Shown here: positions 18,696 through 29,514 of the stretch, piece by piece
Position numbering within the stretch: position 1 is the stretch's first letter
How the letters are laid out: every line of letters begins with the position of its first letter
Assembly (NCBI GenBank): GCA_963704885.1
Contig: CAVPIB010000019.1
Coordinates: forward strand, 15,588 to 79,587
Direction: 5' to 3'
Origin: an uncultured Actinomycetes bacterium
Lineage (GTDB): Bacteria; Actinomycetota; UBA4738; HRBIN12
Length of the DNA stretch: 64,000 bases
Notes under the pieces: generated by a model
Seen by the model: the letters and a program-made list of their open reading frames with translations, nothing else
Databases searched by the model: none
Told to the model about the DNA's origin: nothing
Made by a program: the position numbers and the translations under genes

Positions 18696-19399
18696 GGAAC
18701 GCGCTCGACCCAGATGAGCCGTGCGGTCGCCGTGCCAAGCGCCATCGCGTGGTCCTCGACCTCCACCGTGACGGCGTCGTCGCTCGAACCGTCGTCGGCG
18801 ATCGTGACCGCGGCTCCGGTCACCAGGCCGTTGCGATCCAAGAGCTCCAGCAGGTCGGGCGCGTCGTGCTCCGCGACCTCAGATATCCGCCTGACGCGCG
18901 CGGGTTCTCCGCGCGGCAGATCGGCGAGCGCGACGAGCCGCCCGTACGGCGCCGCTCGTCCGGGGATGACGTTGCCGTGAGGGCAGGTGACCGGCATCCC
19001 TAGGTGTTCATCCAGGTGGTCCGCGACCTCATCGGATACGCCCGGCGCGATCTCCTGAGCGAACGTGTCTGCCGCTGCCCAATCGAAACCGAGCACGTCG
19101 GTGAGCCATCGCTCGAGCAGCCGGTGGACGCGAACCACGGTGTTCGCCAGTCGGGTTCCCTCTGCGGTGAGCGACACGGTCCGGTCGGATCCAACTTCGA
19201 TCCAACCGTCACGCTCCAACCGCTGAAGGGTCACGCTGACCGTCGGGGGGCGAACGCCAAGCCATTCGGCTATGCGTCCGGGGCGCACGCGATCCTCTTC
19301 GTGCTGGATGTAGAAGATCGTCTCAACGTAGTGCTTCACGGTCTCGGGTCGGAGCGCTCCCTGGAGAGCCGCTGGTTTGCCCGAACGCGTGGTGGTCAC
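18692..19399 (-). CDS. DtxR/MntR family metal-dependent regulator
   Basis: wHTH, HRLLERWL, CPHGNVIP, C-terminal FeoA-like domain. Confidence 0.92.
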   Translation of the reverse strand: MTTTRSGKPAALQGALRPETVKHYVETIFYIQHEEDRVRPGRIAEWLGVRPPTVSVTLQRLERDGWIEVGSDRTVSLTAEGTRLANTVVRVHRLLERWLTDVLGFDWAAADTFAQEIAPGVSDEVADHLDEHLGMPVTCPHGNVIPGRAAPYGRLVALADLPRGEPARVRRISEVAEHDAPDLLELLDRNGLVTGAAVTIADDGSSDDAVTVEVEDHAMALGTATARLIWVERVP

Positions 19400-19421
19400 T
19401 CCTGCATCGTAGCCGCCCGCC

Positions 19422-20081
19422 CTACCCCGTCACGGCCGGTGATCCGATGGCGCTCCTCAGCACCTCGACGAACTGCTCCACCCGGGCCTTCTGGCGTTCG
19501 GGCTGCTGCTGCCATCTGTGAAACAGACCTGGATCGAGCTCCTCGGTGACCAAGGCGTCCTGCAGCGAGCCGGCCAACCAATCCAGCATGGAGACGATCA
19601 TCTCTAGGTCGATGTCGGTGCGGACGTCCCCGCGTGCGATGCCGTACTCCACGAACTCGAGCGTGCCGTACGGGTCCTCCGAGACCAGGAACCGGTTGAT
19701 ATCACGCTTCAGCGACAGGTCGGTGCCGAAGTTGCCGATCAACGTGACTCGATAGGGAACCAGGTCTTCATGGACCAGGTGCTCGGTGCGCTCCAGCCAG
19801 TACACGACGGTTGTGAAGAACCCTTGATCCAGCACGTCCTTGGGCGCGTCCAGCCATGCTGGGAGCGACGACACCGCCCGCTTGTAGGCCTCCAGGAACA
19901 GGGTCGCCTTCGATCCGAAGTGCTGGAAGATCGAGCCCTTGGCTATCGAGAGTTCCTTCGCGATGTCCTCGACCCTCGCCCCCTGATAGCCGTGCTGAGC
20001 GAAGTGATGCATCGCGGTCTCCACGATGAGCGAACGCTTCTCCGCGCTCCGGCGATTCCGCGGTGACTTCAGGTCACTCAA
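19422..20081 (-). CDS. TetR/AcrR family regulator
   Basis: FAQHGYQGARVEDIA...KGSIFQHFGSK HTH; start uncertain (TTG 20081). Confidence 0.9.
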   Translation of the reverse strand: MSDLKSPRNRRSAEKRSLIVETAMHHFAQHGYQGARVEDIAKELSIAKGSIFQHFGSKATLFLEAYKRAVSSLPAWLDAPKDVLDQGFFTTVVYWLERTEHLVHEDLVPYRVTLIGNFGTDLSLKRDINRFLVSEDPYGTLEFVEYGIARGDVRTDIDLEMIVSMLDWLAGSLQDALVTEELDPGLFHRWQQQPERQKARVEQFVEVLRSAIGSPAVTG

Positions 20082-20142
20082 GCTTGGTCTCCGTGGGTTC
20101 GATGGTGTGGTACACAGCGGCGGAGCGGTCGAGCCCGTGAGA

Positions 20143-20156
20143 CTGACCTGGGTCAG
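20143..20156. promoter_or_regulatory. Palindrome CTGACC-TG-GGTCAG, candidate TetR operator
   Basis: Perfect 6-bp arms between divergent tetR and Rieske genes, 11 nt before ATG. Confidence 0.6.
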
Positions 20157-20167
20157 GATAGGACTCG

Positions 20168-21322
20168 ATGGCCATCGAGACAACCCGCGGTACCGAAGCG
20201 GCGACGGAGATGCTGCGGACCCTCCCGGGCTCGGCGTACCTGAGTCATGACCACTTCGCGCGCGAGGCCGAAGCCATCTTCCACCGCGAGTGGTTCCAGG
20301 TAGGTAGAGAGGAGTCGATCCCTGCCACCGGCGACTACCTGCACGTGGAGGTGGCGGGGGAGAGCGTGATCTTGGTCCGCTCGCGAGACGGCGAGCTGCG
20401 CGGCTTCTACAACGTGTGTCGCCATCGCGGGTCGCAGCTGGTGACGAAGGACGCGCTGAACGGCGGCGACCTGCCGGCGGCGTCCGGACGCTTCAAGGGC
20501 TCCATCCGGTGCCCGTACCACGCCTGGACCTACGGCCTCGACGGGGAGCTGCGGAACGCCCCGTTCCTGAGCGAGAGCGACGGTCTTCGTCGCGAACAGC
20601 TGAGCCTTCATCCCGTGGGCGTCGACACGTGGGGCGGCTTCGTGTTCGTGAACCTGACCCCCTCGGCGATCACGCCCGACCGCTCGCTCCGGGCTCGGCT
20701 GGGATCGGCGGTAGAGCGAACCGCTCGCTACCCGCTGGCGGAGCTGCGGACCGGGCGCCGCATCACCTACGAGGTGGCCGCGAACTGGAAGACGATCGTG
20801 GAGAACTACAACGAGTGCTACCACTGCGGGCCTGTCCATCCTGAGCTCTGCGAGGTGGTGCCGGCGTTCAAGCAGGCCGGTGGCGGCGAGCTGGACTGGG
20901 AGGCGGGGATCCCGCATCGCGACGGAGCAACGACGTTCACGTTCACCGGCACCACCGATCGTGCGCCGTTCCCGGGGTTGTCCGAGGACGAGCGCATCAG
21001 GCACAAGGGCGAGTTGCTCTACCCGAACCTGATGCTCAGTCTCTCGCCCGACCACGTGGCGGCATTCACGCTCTGGCCGCTCGACGCAGGACACACGCGG
21101 GTCGTATGCGACTTCCTGTTCCACCCCGATGAGGTCACGAAGGCCGGATTCGATCCGTCCGACGCGGTCGAGTTCTGGGATCTGGTCAACCGTCAGGACT
21201 GGCAGATCTGCGAGTCGGTGCAGAAGGGCATGTCGTCTCGGGTGTTCGAGTCCGGCTACTACGCCCCCATGGAGGATCAGAGCCTGGACATCCGCCGCTA
21301 CATCGCCGAGATGCTCGCCTAG
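20168..21322 (+). CDS. Rieske non-heme iron oxygenase alpha subunit (GbcA/CntA/choline monooxygenase-like)
   Basis: CRHRG...CPYHAW Rieske motif; NWK..ENYNECYHC..VH and QD..ICE iron site. Confidence 0.92.
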   Translation: MAIETTRGTEAATEMLRTLPGSAYLSHDHFAREAEAIFHREWFQVGREESIPATGDYLHVEVAGESVILVRSRDGELRGFYNVCRHRGSQLVTKDALNGGDLPAASGRFKGSIRCPYHAWTYGLDGELRNAPFLSESDGLRREQLSLHPVGVDTWGGFVFVNLTPSAITPDRSLRARLGSAVERTARYPLAELRTGRRITYEVAANWKTIVENYNECYHCGPVHPELCEVVPAFKQAGGGELDWEAGIPHRDGATTFTFTGTTDRAPFPGLSEDERIRHKGELLYPNLMLSLSPDHVAAFTLWPLDAGHTRVVCDFLFHPDEVTKAGFDPSDAVEFWDLVNRQDWQICESVQKGMSSRVFESGYYAPMEDQSLDIRRYIAEMLA

Positions 21323-21337
21323 GGCTGAGCGTCGTGG

Positions 21338-23090
21338 TCAGTGGCAGGGAACCGGTCCCCCGGAATCGAGCATGGTCCCGAACTCGTCGGTGAACCTCCA
21401 GGAGTACGACGTGGGAGTCCAGAGTCAAGATCAGGATCCCGTGATCCAGGATGTGTGCTTCGCTGGTCGGTAAGATCGTCGCGAAGGGATAGAGCCCCGC
21501 TCCGCCGGTCCCGACGACGAACTGCCGGGTCCCGACCGGATCCCCGGCGCCGCCGCCGTCCATCGGCGCGAACCGCTCGTAGTCGTGGTCATGTCCGGAG
21601 ATGTAGAGATCCACCCCTTGGTCGACCAGGATCTGCCATGCCGCCTGCATGTTCCCCTGTGATCCGTGGCGACTGGTCGCACCCGTCCCACTCGGGGACG
21701 ACCAACGAGGATGGTGCCCGTACGCGATCTCGCAGGTGTGCGGGTCGGCAGCGAGATCCGCCTGAAGGAAGGCGAGCTGGACTGAGCCGGCGCCGATCCC
21801 GGGACAGCCCTCGGATGGCGAGCACGCATCGGTGTCAAGAGCTACGAAGTGCCAGTCCCCGTCACCCCAGGAGTAGTAGAGGGGACCGCTCGCTGGCGCG
21901 ACGTCGTCAGGGAAGTACGAGCGGTAACCCTCGGCGCCGTTGCCGTTCGCCGGATCGTCGTACTCGTGGTTCCCGGGAACCGGTCGCGTGATCGAGAGGA
22001 ATGACGGGTCGTTCCCGCCTCCCCACCGCGTGTGGTACCGAGTCGCGAAGTCGTTCGCGGTCCCGGCGGGGTATGCGATGTCGCCCGCGACAAGGACCCA
22101 GTCCGGAGCCTCTGCCGAGACCCGATCCCCGGTCTGGGTGCACTTCGTCAGAGACGAGGTGGAGTTCTGACAGATGTCTCCGGCGACCACAACCCGGAGC
22201 GTTTCCGCGGTCCCCGTCACCGTGAAGTTCGTTGGCCCGACGGCTGAGCCGGCAGGGGTCGTCACCCTGATCGGCCCGGTCGAGGCTCCCGCCGGCACGG
22301 TGGCCGAGAGGCTCGAGTCGGAATCCACGGCGAAGACCGACGGCGTCCCGTTGAACGTCACGGCGCTCGCCCCCGTGAAGTCCGTCCCCGTGACCGTCGC
22401 GACCGTGCCGGGCGCGCCGCTCGTGGGCGCGAATGTCGTGATCGATGGGGGTCCGACTTGCCCACCCCCCACGCGCTCCTCCGCAACCGCTACATCGTCG
22501 AACTCGAGGTCATAGCTCGAGCCGGCCACCGGGTTGCCGAGCTCGAGTTGCCGGATCGGCGCCGTCCCGAGGTTCTGCGTGCCCGACAACCCGGCGACCC
22601 GCACGCCGTCGTACCAAACCTCGATCGCCCCACTCACCCCGTTGACTCCGGCGCGGAGCTCGACCTCGTGCCACTCGCCGGTCGTCACCGTGATCGTGGA
22701 CACGCGGTTGATGCCCGCCACGTCGTTGCGGATGGCCAGCCGGCGGACTGACGTGAGGTAGAGGCGGGCGATCGGTCCCCCCGTCGAGGTCCGGAACCGG
22801 AGGAGGCGGACAGCGGTGGAGCTCGAGTACAACTTGACGAACGCTCTCGCGTACAGATCGGTCTCTGCGGTCGGCCAAACGGCTCGGGCCCATGCGTTCG
22901 AGGTGCCGTTGTTCCCGGCCGCCCGGATGCCCGACCTGGCGTCGCCTGTCTCGATCACGAGGCCCGCGCTCGCCGACCATGCCGCGAAGCTCCCGGACTC
23001 GAACCCGTCCGCGAACAGGGTCGCGGCCCCCGCGTCTACGGGGACGGCGATCATCCCGAGCCCGATCATCGCGACGACGAACCGTTTCAT
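21338..23090 (-). CDS. Secreted calcineurin-like metallophosphoesterase with N-terminal beta-sandwich and IPT/TIG domains; one frameshift near C-terminus
   Basis: AGDI, GDIAY, PGNHEY, GHHP, GHDHDYER; a shifted frame near 21413 gives the typical end YSWRF..DSG..CH* at 21338. Confidence 0.82.
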
Positions 23091-23357
23091 GACGACCCTC
23101 CCCCCGGGGACTATCCGCGTCCCGGGCCTCTCCGGTCAAGCCGGCGCTCGGCTGTTGTCGGCGCTACCGATCACGCGAGCCGAAGCGCGAGGCGCGCCCC
23201 TCCGGATCCTCTGAAAGGGACAGGGCTGTCCGTCCAGACGGCTGCGAGAGTCCCTCGTATCGCAAGCACGAGAACTTGTGATCTTGAACCATCGCCCGTC
23301 GTCTGTAGAGACCCGGAGGCCGATACTGAGTCGAGATGTGCGCGATTCGAGTAGTCG

Positions 23358-23782
23358 ATGGGTAGGCGAGCTAACGGAAAGAACTCGGAATCCGCCCCAG
23401 TAACGGATGGGTCGACCAGGAGACTTCTGACGGTCTGGCGTGCCGTTGTAGTAGGACTGGTTTGTGTGATCCTGTTTGGGGTCGTCTCGTCGTGCTGCAG
23501 CTCGCGCGACTAGGCGATCCGGCGGACCCCGACGGACTGTCTATCGACAACCGAACGGATCAAGAGCTGCTTGTATACGGAGTCGTTCGCGAGGGGGGAA
23601 CCAGTTCCGAGGTGACGGACGAGGTGCTCCGAGCCGACGTCCCACCCGGCACCCTTGTGGTGACGGACATGGTCTGTGGGCATCCCGAGCTCGTGGCAAG
23701 GACTGAGGGCGGAGTAGAAGTCGCAAGGCGGGTATCCACGGGGTGCGATGAAGGTCCCTGGATCATCGAGGACTTGCCCTGA
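23358..23782 (+). CDS. Hypothetical membrane-anchored protein, probably frameshifted near 23490
   Basis: Hydrophobic segment in the frame from ATG 23358 continues into the LSIDNRT...C...C domain in another frame. Confidence 0.4.
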
Positions 23783-23824
23783 CCGGGTGAGCGGACCTTC
23801 CTGTGCCGTGACCTAGGAGCGGTA

Positions 23825-24402
23825 CTACGACACCTCCGCAAGCTTCGCGTATCTGAAGCACGACGCTACGTGATCGTTCACCATGCCGGTGGCCTGCATG
23901 AACGCGTAGCAGACCGTGGGACCGACGAAGCGGAAGCCGCGCTTCTTGAGGTCCTTGCTCATCGCGCGGGATCTATCGGTCTCCGCGGGGATCTCTGAGA
24001 GTCGGCGCCATCGGTTGACGAGAGGCTTGCCGTCGACGAACGACCACAGGTACGCGTCGAGTGAACCCAGCTCCTTCTGCACCGCGAGCGTCGCACGGGC
24101 GTTCGCCACGGTCGACTCGACCTTCAGCCGGTTGCGGACGATCGACGGATCCTGCAACAACCGCTCGATCTTGCGCCGGTCGAACCGTGCCACCTTCGCG
24201 GGGTCGAAGCCGGCGAACGCCTTCCGGTAGCCCTCGCGCTTGTGCAGGATCGTGGACCACGACAGCCCCGCCTGCGCCCCTTCGAGCGTGAGCATCTCGA
24301 ACAGGTGGCGATCGTCGTGCGACGGCACGCCCCATTCCTCGTCGTGATACGCGAGGTAGGCGGGTCGCCCTCAGGCGCCCACTCGCACCGCACGGGGTTC
24401 AC
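23825..24402 (-). CDS. tag: DNA-3-methyladenine glycosylase I (one frameshift near 24361)
   Basis: RCEWA (frame 1) then YHDEEWG, EGAQAGLSW, FVGPT, NDH..C. Confidence 0.9.
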
Positions 24403-25521
24403 AGGCCCGTGCCGGTGAGCAGGTCTTCGGCCCGCTCGATCCCCTTCATGGTGTGCTCGATGTCGAACCCGAACCCGTACCGGATGCCCTTGCCCAGCCC
24501 GAACATGTCGCCGGGCACGAGCAGCACCGATCGCTCCTCGCGTATCCGATCACCAGGGCCGTCGAGCGGATCGGCAGGTCGTACTTCACGTAGGCGATCG
24601 CGCCGGCGACGGGCCTCACGTACGTGAACACGTCGTCGTGTGCGCCTATCCACGTCTCGATGTGCGGCAGGTTCGCGCGGATGATCGCGCGGGTGCGCGC
24701 GAAGATGTTCTCGCGGACCTCCGGCTGCATGGCGAACGCGCACAGCCGGTCCGAGATCGCACCGGGGCGAGCGTGGTGTAGTCGTGCCTGACCCACGTCT
24801 CGGCGATCAGTTCCGGCGGGCCGAGCGTCCATCCGATCCGAAGTCCGGGCATCCCGAACGCCTTCGACAGGCCGCTCGTGACGACGACCTTGTCGTAGCG
24901 ACCCCAGAACGTGGGCGACGCCTGGTCGGCGTCGACCTCGGCGCCGCGGTAGATCTCGTCGGAGACGATCCATGCCCCAGCGCGGTCGGCCGCCGCGATC
25001 ACGGCGTCCATCTCGTCGTCGGTCAGGACATGTCCCGTCGGATTGTTCGGGTTGCAGATCATCACGGCCTTGGTCTTCTTCGTGACGGCGCGATCCAGCT
25101 CGTCCAGGTCGAGCTGCCACCGTCCGTCTCGGAGCTTCAGCCGGAACCTGTCCGACGCCTTCCCGTAGTGGCGGCCCAAGCCCCAGCCCTGCATGTAGTT
25201 CGGGACCATGAACGCCAGGCGATCGTCGCGATCGAGCAGCGTCCAGAGCGTCAGGTGGTTCGCCTCGGAGCCACCGGTCGTGAGCGAGACGTTCTCGATG
25301 GTCGCGCCCGGGTACCAGGCCGCGATGTTGGCCCTGGACTCGTACGAGCCCTCCGAGAGGGGATAGCCGAGCGCGGTTGCCAGGAACTCCTCGGCGTCGG
25401 CGACCGGCCCCAGCAGGTCTCGGATGGTCATGGGGGTGACGCCCGACTCCGAAAGGTCGTGATCGACCAGGTGCCAGTACTGGGACTGCATCCGCTCCAT
25501 CTCGAAGAGATCGATATCCAT
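24399..25521 (-). CDS. Class I/II PLP aminotransferase (two frameshifts near 24770 and 24555)
   Basis: CNPNNPTG, SDEIY, GLSKAFGMPGLRIGW; C-terminal VLLVPG..IRYG lies in shifted frames. Confidence 0.85.
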
Positions 25522-25609
25522 GGGAACCTCCTAGCTCGCGTCTCGCGAACCTAGCACCTCGTCCAGACACCCGGCGACGAACCGTCCGCCTCGGGGTAGG
25601 CTCGCCGGC

Positions 25610-26615
25610 ATGCGATTCCAACGGACCGTGCGGATCCTGCGCGAGGCAGATGTGCGCGCGTCCCTCGACATGGCAGCTTGCATCGAGGCGTGCGATCGAG
25701 CGTTCGCCGCGTACTCCTTGGGCGGAGCCGCGAAGCCCAGCGTTATCCAACTGAACGTCCCCGAGCGCCAAGGCGAGGTCCACGTGAAGGCCGGTCACCT
25801 GCACGGCGAGCCGTTCTACGCGGTGAAGGTGGCATCTGGGTTCCCGCGCAACGTCGAGCTGGGTTTGCCCGCGAGCGACGGGATGCTGATCGTTTTCGAT
25901 GCGGAGAATGGCCAACCTGCGGCGTTCCTGCTGGATAACGGCTACATCACCGACCTGAGAACGGGCGCGGCGGGAGGCGTGGCCGCCAAGCACCTTGCAC
26001 CCGAGAAGGTATGGACGGTGGCGGTGATCGGAACAGGTGTGCAGGCCCGCTACCAGCTCGACGCGCTTTCGCTGGTTAGGCCGGGGTTCACGCAGGTGCG
26101 GGTCTGGGGTCGCGATGAAGCGGAAGGCCACTCTGCTGGTGACGGAGCTTCAACAACGCCCCGGCCTCCCCGAAGGGTGCGGGTTCGAGGTGGCCGCGTC
26201 GGTCGACGCGGCGGTTCACGACGCGGACGTCGTGATCACATGTACGGCGAGTCAGACCGCACTGGTCAGGGGGGAGTGGCTGAAGCTCGGCGCCCACGTA
26301 ACCGCCGTCGGTTCGGACGCAGCCGACAAGCAGGAGCTGGATCCGTCGTTACCCGCCCGTGCCGACCTGCTGGTCGTGGACAGCCGCGAGCAGTGCGCCC
26401 AGATCGGCGAGCTTCATCACGCCCTGGCCTCCGGCCTGATCGATGAGCAGAAGGCAGTGGAGCTGGGCGAGGTCTGCGCGCTCACGCATCCCGGCCGAAC
26501 GTCGCCCAGCCAGCTCACGGTCTGTGACCTGACCGGTGTGGGCGTGCTGGACGTGGCTGCCGCCAACGTCGTGATGGCGAACGCCGGCGATCGCGGTGAC
26601 CTGATCGAGCTGTGA
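25610..26615 (+). CDS. Ornithine cyclodeaminase/mu-crystallin family protein (frameshift near 26120)
   Basis: TDLRTGAAG, IGTGVQA, then AVGSD..KQEL, DLTGVGVLD in second frame. Confidence 0.87.
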
Positions 26616-26622
26616 GGTCGAA

Positions 26623-27390
26623 CTAGACGGACGCGCCTGTCAGCGCCGCCAGCACCTCGTCGTGAACGAGCCCGTTGGACGTGACCAGGCTCCCACCGTG
26701 ACGGGGTGACGAGCCGTCGACCTGGGTCAGGCGGCCGCCGGCCTCCTCCACGATCACGATGAGCGGCGCGAGATCCCACTCCGATAGCTGGGGCTCGATC
26801 ATGGCGACGGCGGCTCCCCGCGCCACCAACATGTGGCCCCAGAAGTCGCCGAACCCCCGGTTGCGCTGGGCGCCGGCCACCAGCCGCATGAACCGGTCGT
26901 GCTGCGGCGTCCCGATCCACGCCTCCACGTCGCCGAACACGACCATGCCGTCCGCGATCCGGTCCGCGGGCGAGACACGCATCGGCTCGCCGTTCCATGT
27001 GGCTCCCATGCCCCGGACCGCCGCGTAGCGCTCGCCGATCGCGGGAGCGTTGACCAGACCCAGGACGTACTCGCCTTCCACCTTCAGCGCTAACAGGTTC
27101 GCCCAGATCTGGATCCCGGCCGCGTAGTTGCGCGTGCCGTCGATCGGATCGACGATCCACATCCTGTCGGACGCGCCCTCTACGCCGCCCTCCTCGCCCC
27201 GGACCGCATCGTCGGGGAACCGGGCACCGATCTCCCCGCGGATCATGGCTTCCACGGCGATATCCGCCTCGGTCACGGGGGAGGAGTCGGGCTTCCAGGT
27301 GACCTTGGGGTCGTTGCGGAAGTACGAGAGCGCCATCTCGCCGGCGCGGTCGGCCAGATCGTTGGCGAACGCGAGTTCCTCCTCGTACAT
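26623..27390 (-). CDS. Inositol monophosphatase family, histidinol-phosphatase HisN-like
   Basis: KPDSSPVTEAD, GEE, DPIDGT, RGFGDFW, WDLA. Confidence 0.88.
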   Translation of the reverse strand: MYEEELAFANDLADRAGEMALSYFRNDPKVTWKPDSSPVTEADIAVEAMIRGEIGARFPDDAVRGEEGGVEGASDRMWIVDPIDGTRNYAAGIQIWANLLALKVEGEYVLGLVNAPAIGERYAAVRGMGATWNGEPMRVSPADRIADGMVVFGDVEAWIGTPQHDRFMRLVAGAQRNRGFGDFWGHMLVARGAAVAMIEPQLSEWDLAPLIVIVEEAGGRLTQVDGSSPRHGGSLVTSNGLVHDEVLAALTGASV

Positions 27391-27452
27391 GCGGCGCAAC
27401 CATACCGAACGGTCCGGGGCGCAACGGCCGTGGTCGGCTAGGCTGGACCGAC

Positions 27453-28817
27453 ATGGAGACGACCGTTGAGAGCACCGCGAAGCATACGGTGAAGCTCACG
27501 ATCGAGGTTCCTGTGGACGAGTTCACGAAGGACCTCGATCGTGCGTACCGGAGCATCGCCAACCAGGTGAAGATCCCCGGGTTCCGCAAGGGAAAGGCCC
27601 CGAAGAAGATCATCGACGCCCAGATCGGGCGCGACGTGGTGCGCGAGGAGTTCCTGTCCAACTCCGTACCCGTGTACTTCCGCGACGCGGTCCGTGGAGA
27701 GGACCTTGCCCCCATCAGCGACCCCGACATCGCGCTCGAGCAGGTGGAGGACGACAAGCCGTTGATCTTCACGGCGACCGTCGAGGTCCGACCTCGCCTG
27801 GAGCTGGCGCCCGATGACTACCGTGGCTTGAAGGTCGAGCGACCGGACACGTCCGTGACCGAACGGGAGATCGACGATTGGATCGAGCGACTACGCGAGC
27901 GCTTCGCGGAGCTCGAGCCCGTGGAGCGGCCTGCACAAGACGGTGACTTCGTCACCATCGATATCCGCGCCACCGTTCACGAGGAGGAGGTCGCCGAGGT
28001 CACGCGCACCGACTACCTCTACTTCGTGAGCTCCGCCGAGTTCGGACCGAAGCTTGATGGGGAGCTGGCTGGCAAGCGCTCGGGAGACATCGTGAAGTTC
28101 AATGATGCGCTCCCGGAGCGGTTCGGTGAGGAGCTGAGCGGCGCCGAGGTGAGCTTCCAGGTCCTGGTGAAGGACGTGAAGGCCCGCAGGCTGCCCGATG
28201 CCGACGACGACTTCGCCAAGACCGCCTCAGAGTTCGACACGCTCGATCAGCTGCGAGACGACCTGCGGGAGCGCCTGGGTGAGCTGAAGGAGAAGGAAGC
28301 CCACGGCGTGCTCCGCGATCGGGCCCTGCAGGCCATGATCGACACGGTCGAGGTCGAGCTGCCGGACTCCCTGATCGAAGAAGAGACCGAGCACCGTGTG
28401 GCGCACGCGAAGGAACGAGCCGAAAGCGCTGGTGTGAGCTTGGAGCAGGTCTTGGAGGCACAAGGCTGGGACGAGGCTCGACTGCGCGAGGATTCGCGTG
28501 ACCACGCGATCCGCGCCATCAAGTCTGACCTGGTACTTGAAGGCATCGCCCGCGCCGAGCACCTGGAGGTGACCGCCGAGGAGATCGGCACAGAGATATC
28601 TGTTCTGGCGCAGACCTACGGGCGCGAACCGAAGGAGGTTGCGAAAGCCCTGGAGCGAAGTGGACAGATGGTGACCCTCGCCGGGGATATCATCAGGGGG
28701 AAAGCACTCGACCTCCTGGTCGAGCATGCCGATATCACAGACGAGAGCCCGACCGAGGAGTCGACCGATCCGGTCGACGAGCCGGACACCGAGACAACGT
28801 CGGAGGAGAGCACATGA
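27453..28817 (+). CDS. tig: Trigger factor
   Basis: [10 protein letters not shown] signature; FKBP-like domain; precedes clpP. Confidence 0.97.
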   Translation: METTVESTAKHTVKLTIEVPVDEFTKDLDRAYRSIANQVKIPGFRKGKAPKKIIDAQIGRDVVREEFLSNSVPVYFRDAVRGEDLAPISDPDIALEQVEDDKPLIFTATVEVRPRLELAPDDYRGLKVERPDTSVTEREIDDWIERLRERFAELEPVERPAQDGDFVTIDIRATVHEEEVAEVTRTDYLYFVSSAEFGPKLDGELAGKRSGDIVKFNDALPERFGEELSGAEVSFQVLVKDVKARRLPDADDDFAKTASEFDTLDQLRDDLRERLGELKEKEAHGVLRDRALQAMIDTVEVELPDSLIEEETEHRVAHAKERAESAGVSLEQVLEAQGWDEARLREDSRDHAIRAIKSDLVLEGIARAEHLEVTAEEIGTEISVLAQTYGREPKEVAKALERSGQMVTLAGDIIRGKALDLLVEHADITDESPTEESTDPVDEPDTETTSEEST

Positions 28818-29452
28818 GCGACATGAAGAACTACCTCGTGCCCGTGGTGGTCGAGCAGACCAGCCGCGGGGAGCGTTCGTTCGACATCTACTCGCGCCTG
28901 CTGAAGGAGCGGATCGTGTTCTTGGGGACGCCGATCGACGACCAGGTCGGCAACCTGATCATGGCGCAGCTGCTGCATCTGGAGTCCGACGACCCGGACA
29001 AGGACATCCACCTGTACATCAACTCGCCGGGTGGAGACATCACGACGTTGTTCGCGATCTACGACACCATGCAGTACATCAAGCCCGACGTGTCGACGAT
29101 CGTGATGGGACAGGCGGCCTCTGCCGCCGCCGTGCTTCTTCTCGCCGGCGCCCATGGCAAGCGGTTCGCCCTGCCGCACGCGCGCGTGCTGCTTCACCAG
29201 CCACACGGTGGCGCGCAGGGTCAGGCCGTCGACATCGAGATCCAGGCGAAGGAGATCACCCGGTACCGCAAGCTGCTCGAGCAGTTGATCTCCGAGCACA
29301 CCGGGCAGCCACTCGAGAAGGTCAGCAAGGACACGGACCGCGATTACATCCTCACGGCCGATGAGGCGAAGGACTACGGCGTCATCGACGAGATCATCAC
29401 CAGCAGAGGTATCTCGGTTGAGCTGGCGGCCGCGGCGGCCGGCGGGGCGTAA
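28814..29452 (+). CDS. clpP: ATP-dependent Clp protease proteolytic subunit
   Basis: [26 protein letters not shown]. Confidence 0.98.
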   Translation: MSDMKNYLVPVVVEQTSRGERSFDIYSRLLKERIVFLGTPIDDQVGNLIMAQLLHLESDDPDKDIHLYINSPGGDITTLFAIYDTMQYIKPDVSTIVMGQAASAAAVLLLAGAHGKRFALPHARVLLHQPHGGAQGQAVDIEIQAKEITRYRKLLEQLISEHTGQPLEKVSKDTDRDYILTADEAKDYGVIDEIITSRGISVELAAAAAGGA

Positions 29453-29514
29453 GATTCCTCGGTCGGCCGGGCTCGGATGAGCTCGGTCGTTCCGATACAG
29501 GAGGACAGGGGCTG

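Noticed and set aside
21186-21337. 137-nt convergent overlap of phosphoesterase and Rieske genes
   Set aside because: It disappears when the frameshift near 21413 is corrected; the natural stop is at 21338.
23300-23330. Sigma28 promoter at GCCGATAC
   Set aside because: No matching -35 element at the right spacing.
24350-26130. Programmed ribosomal frameshifting in tag, aminotransferase and cyclodeaminase
   Set aside because: No slippery heptamers or consistent signals, and these families are not known to be recoded; indel error or decay is simpler.
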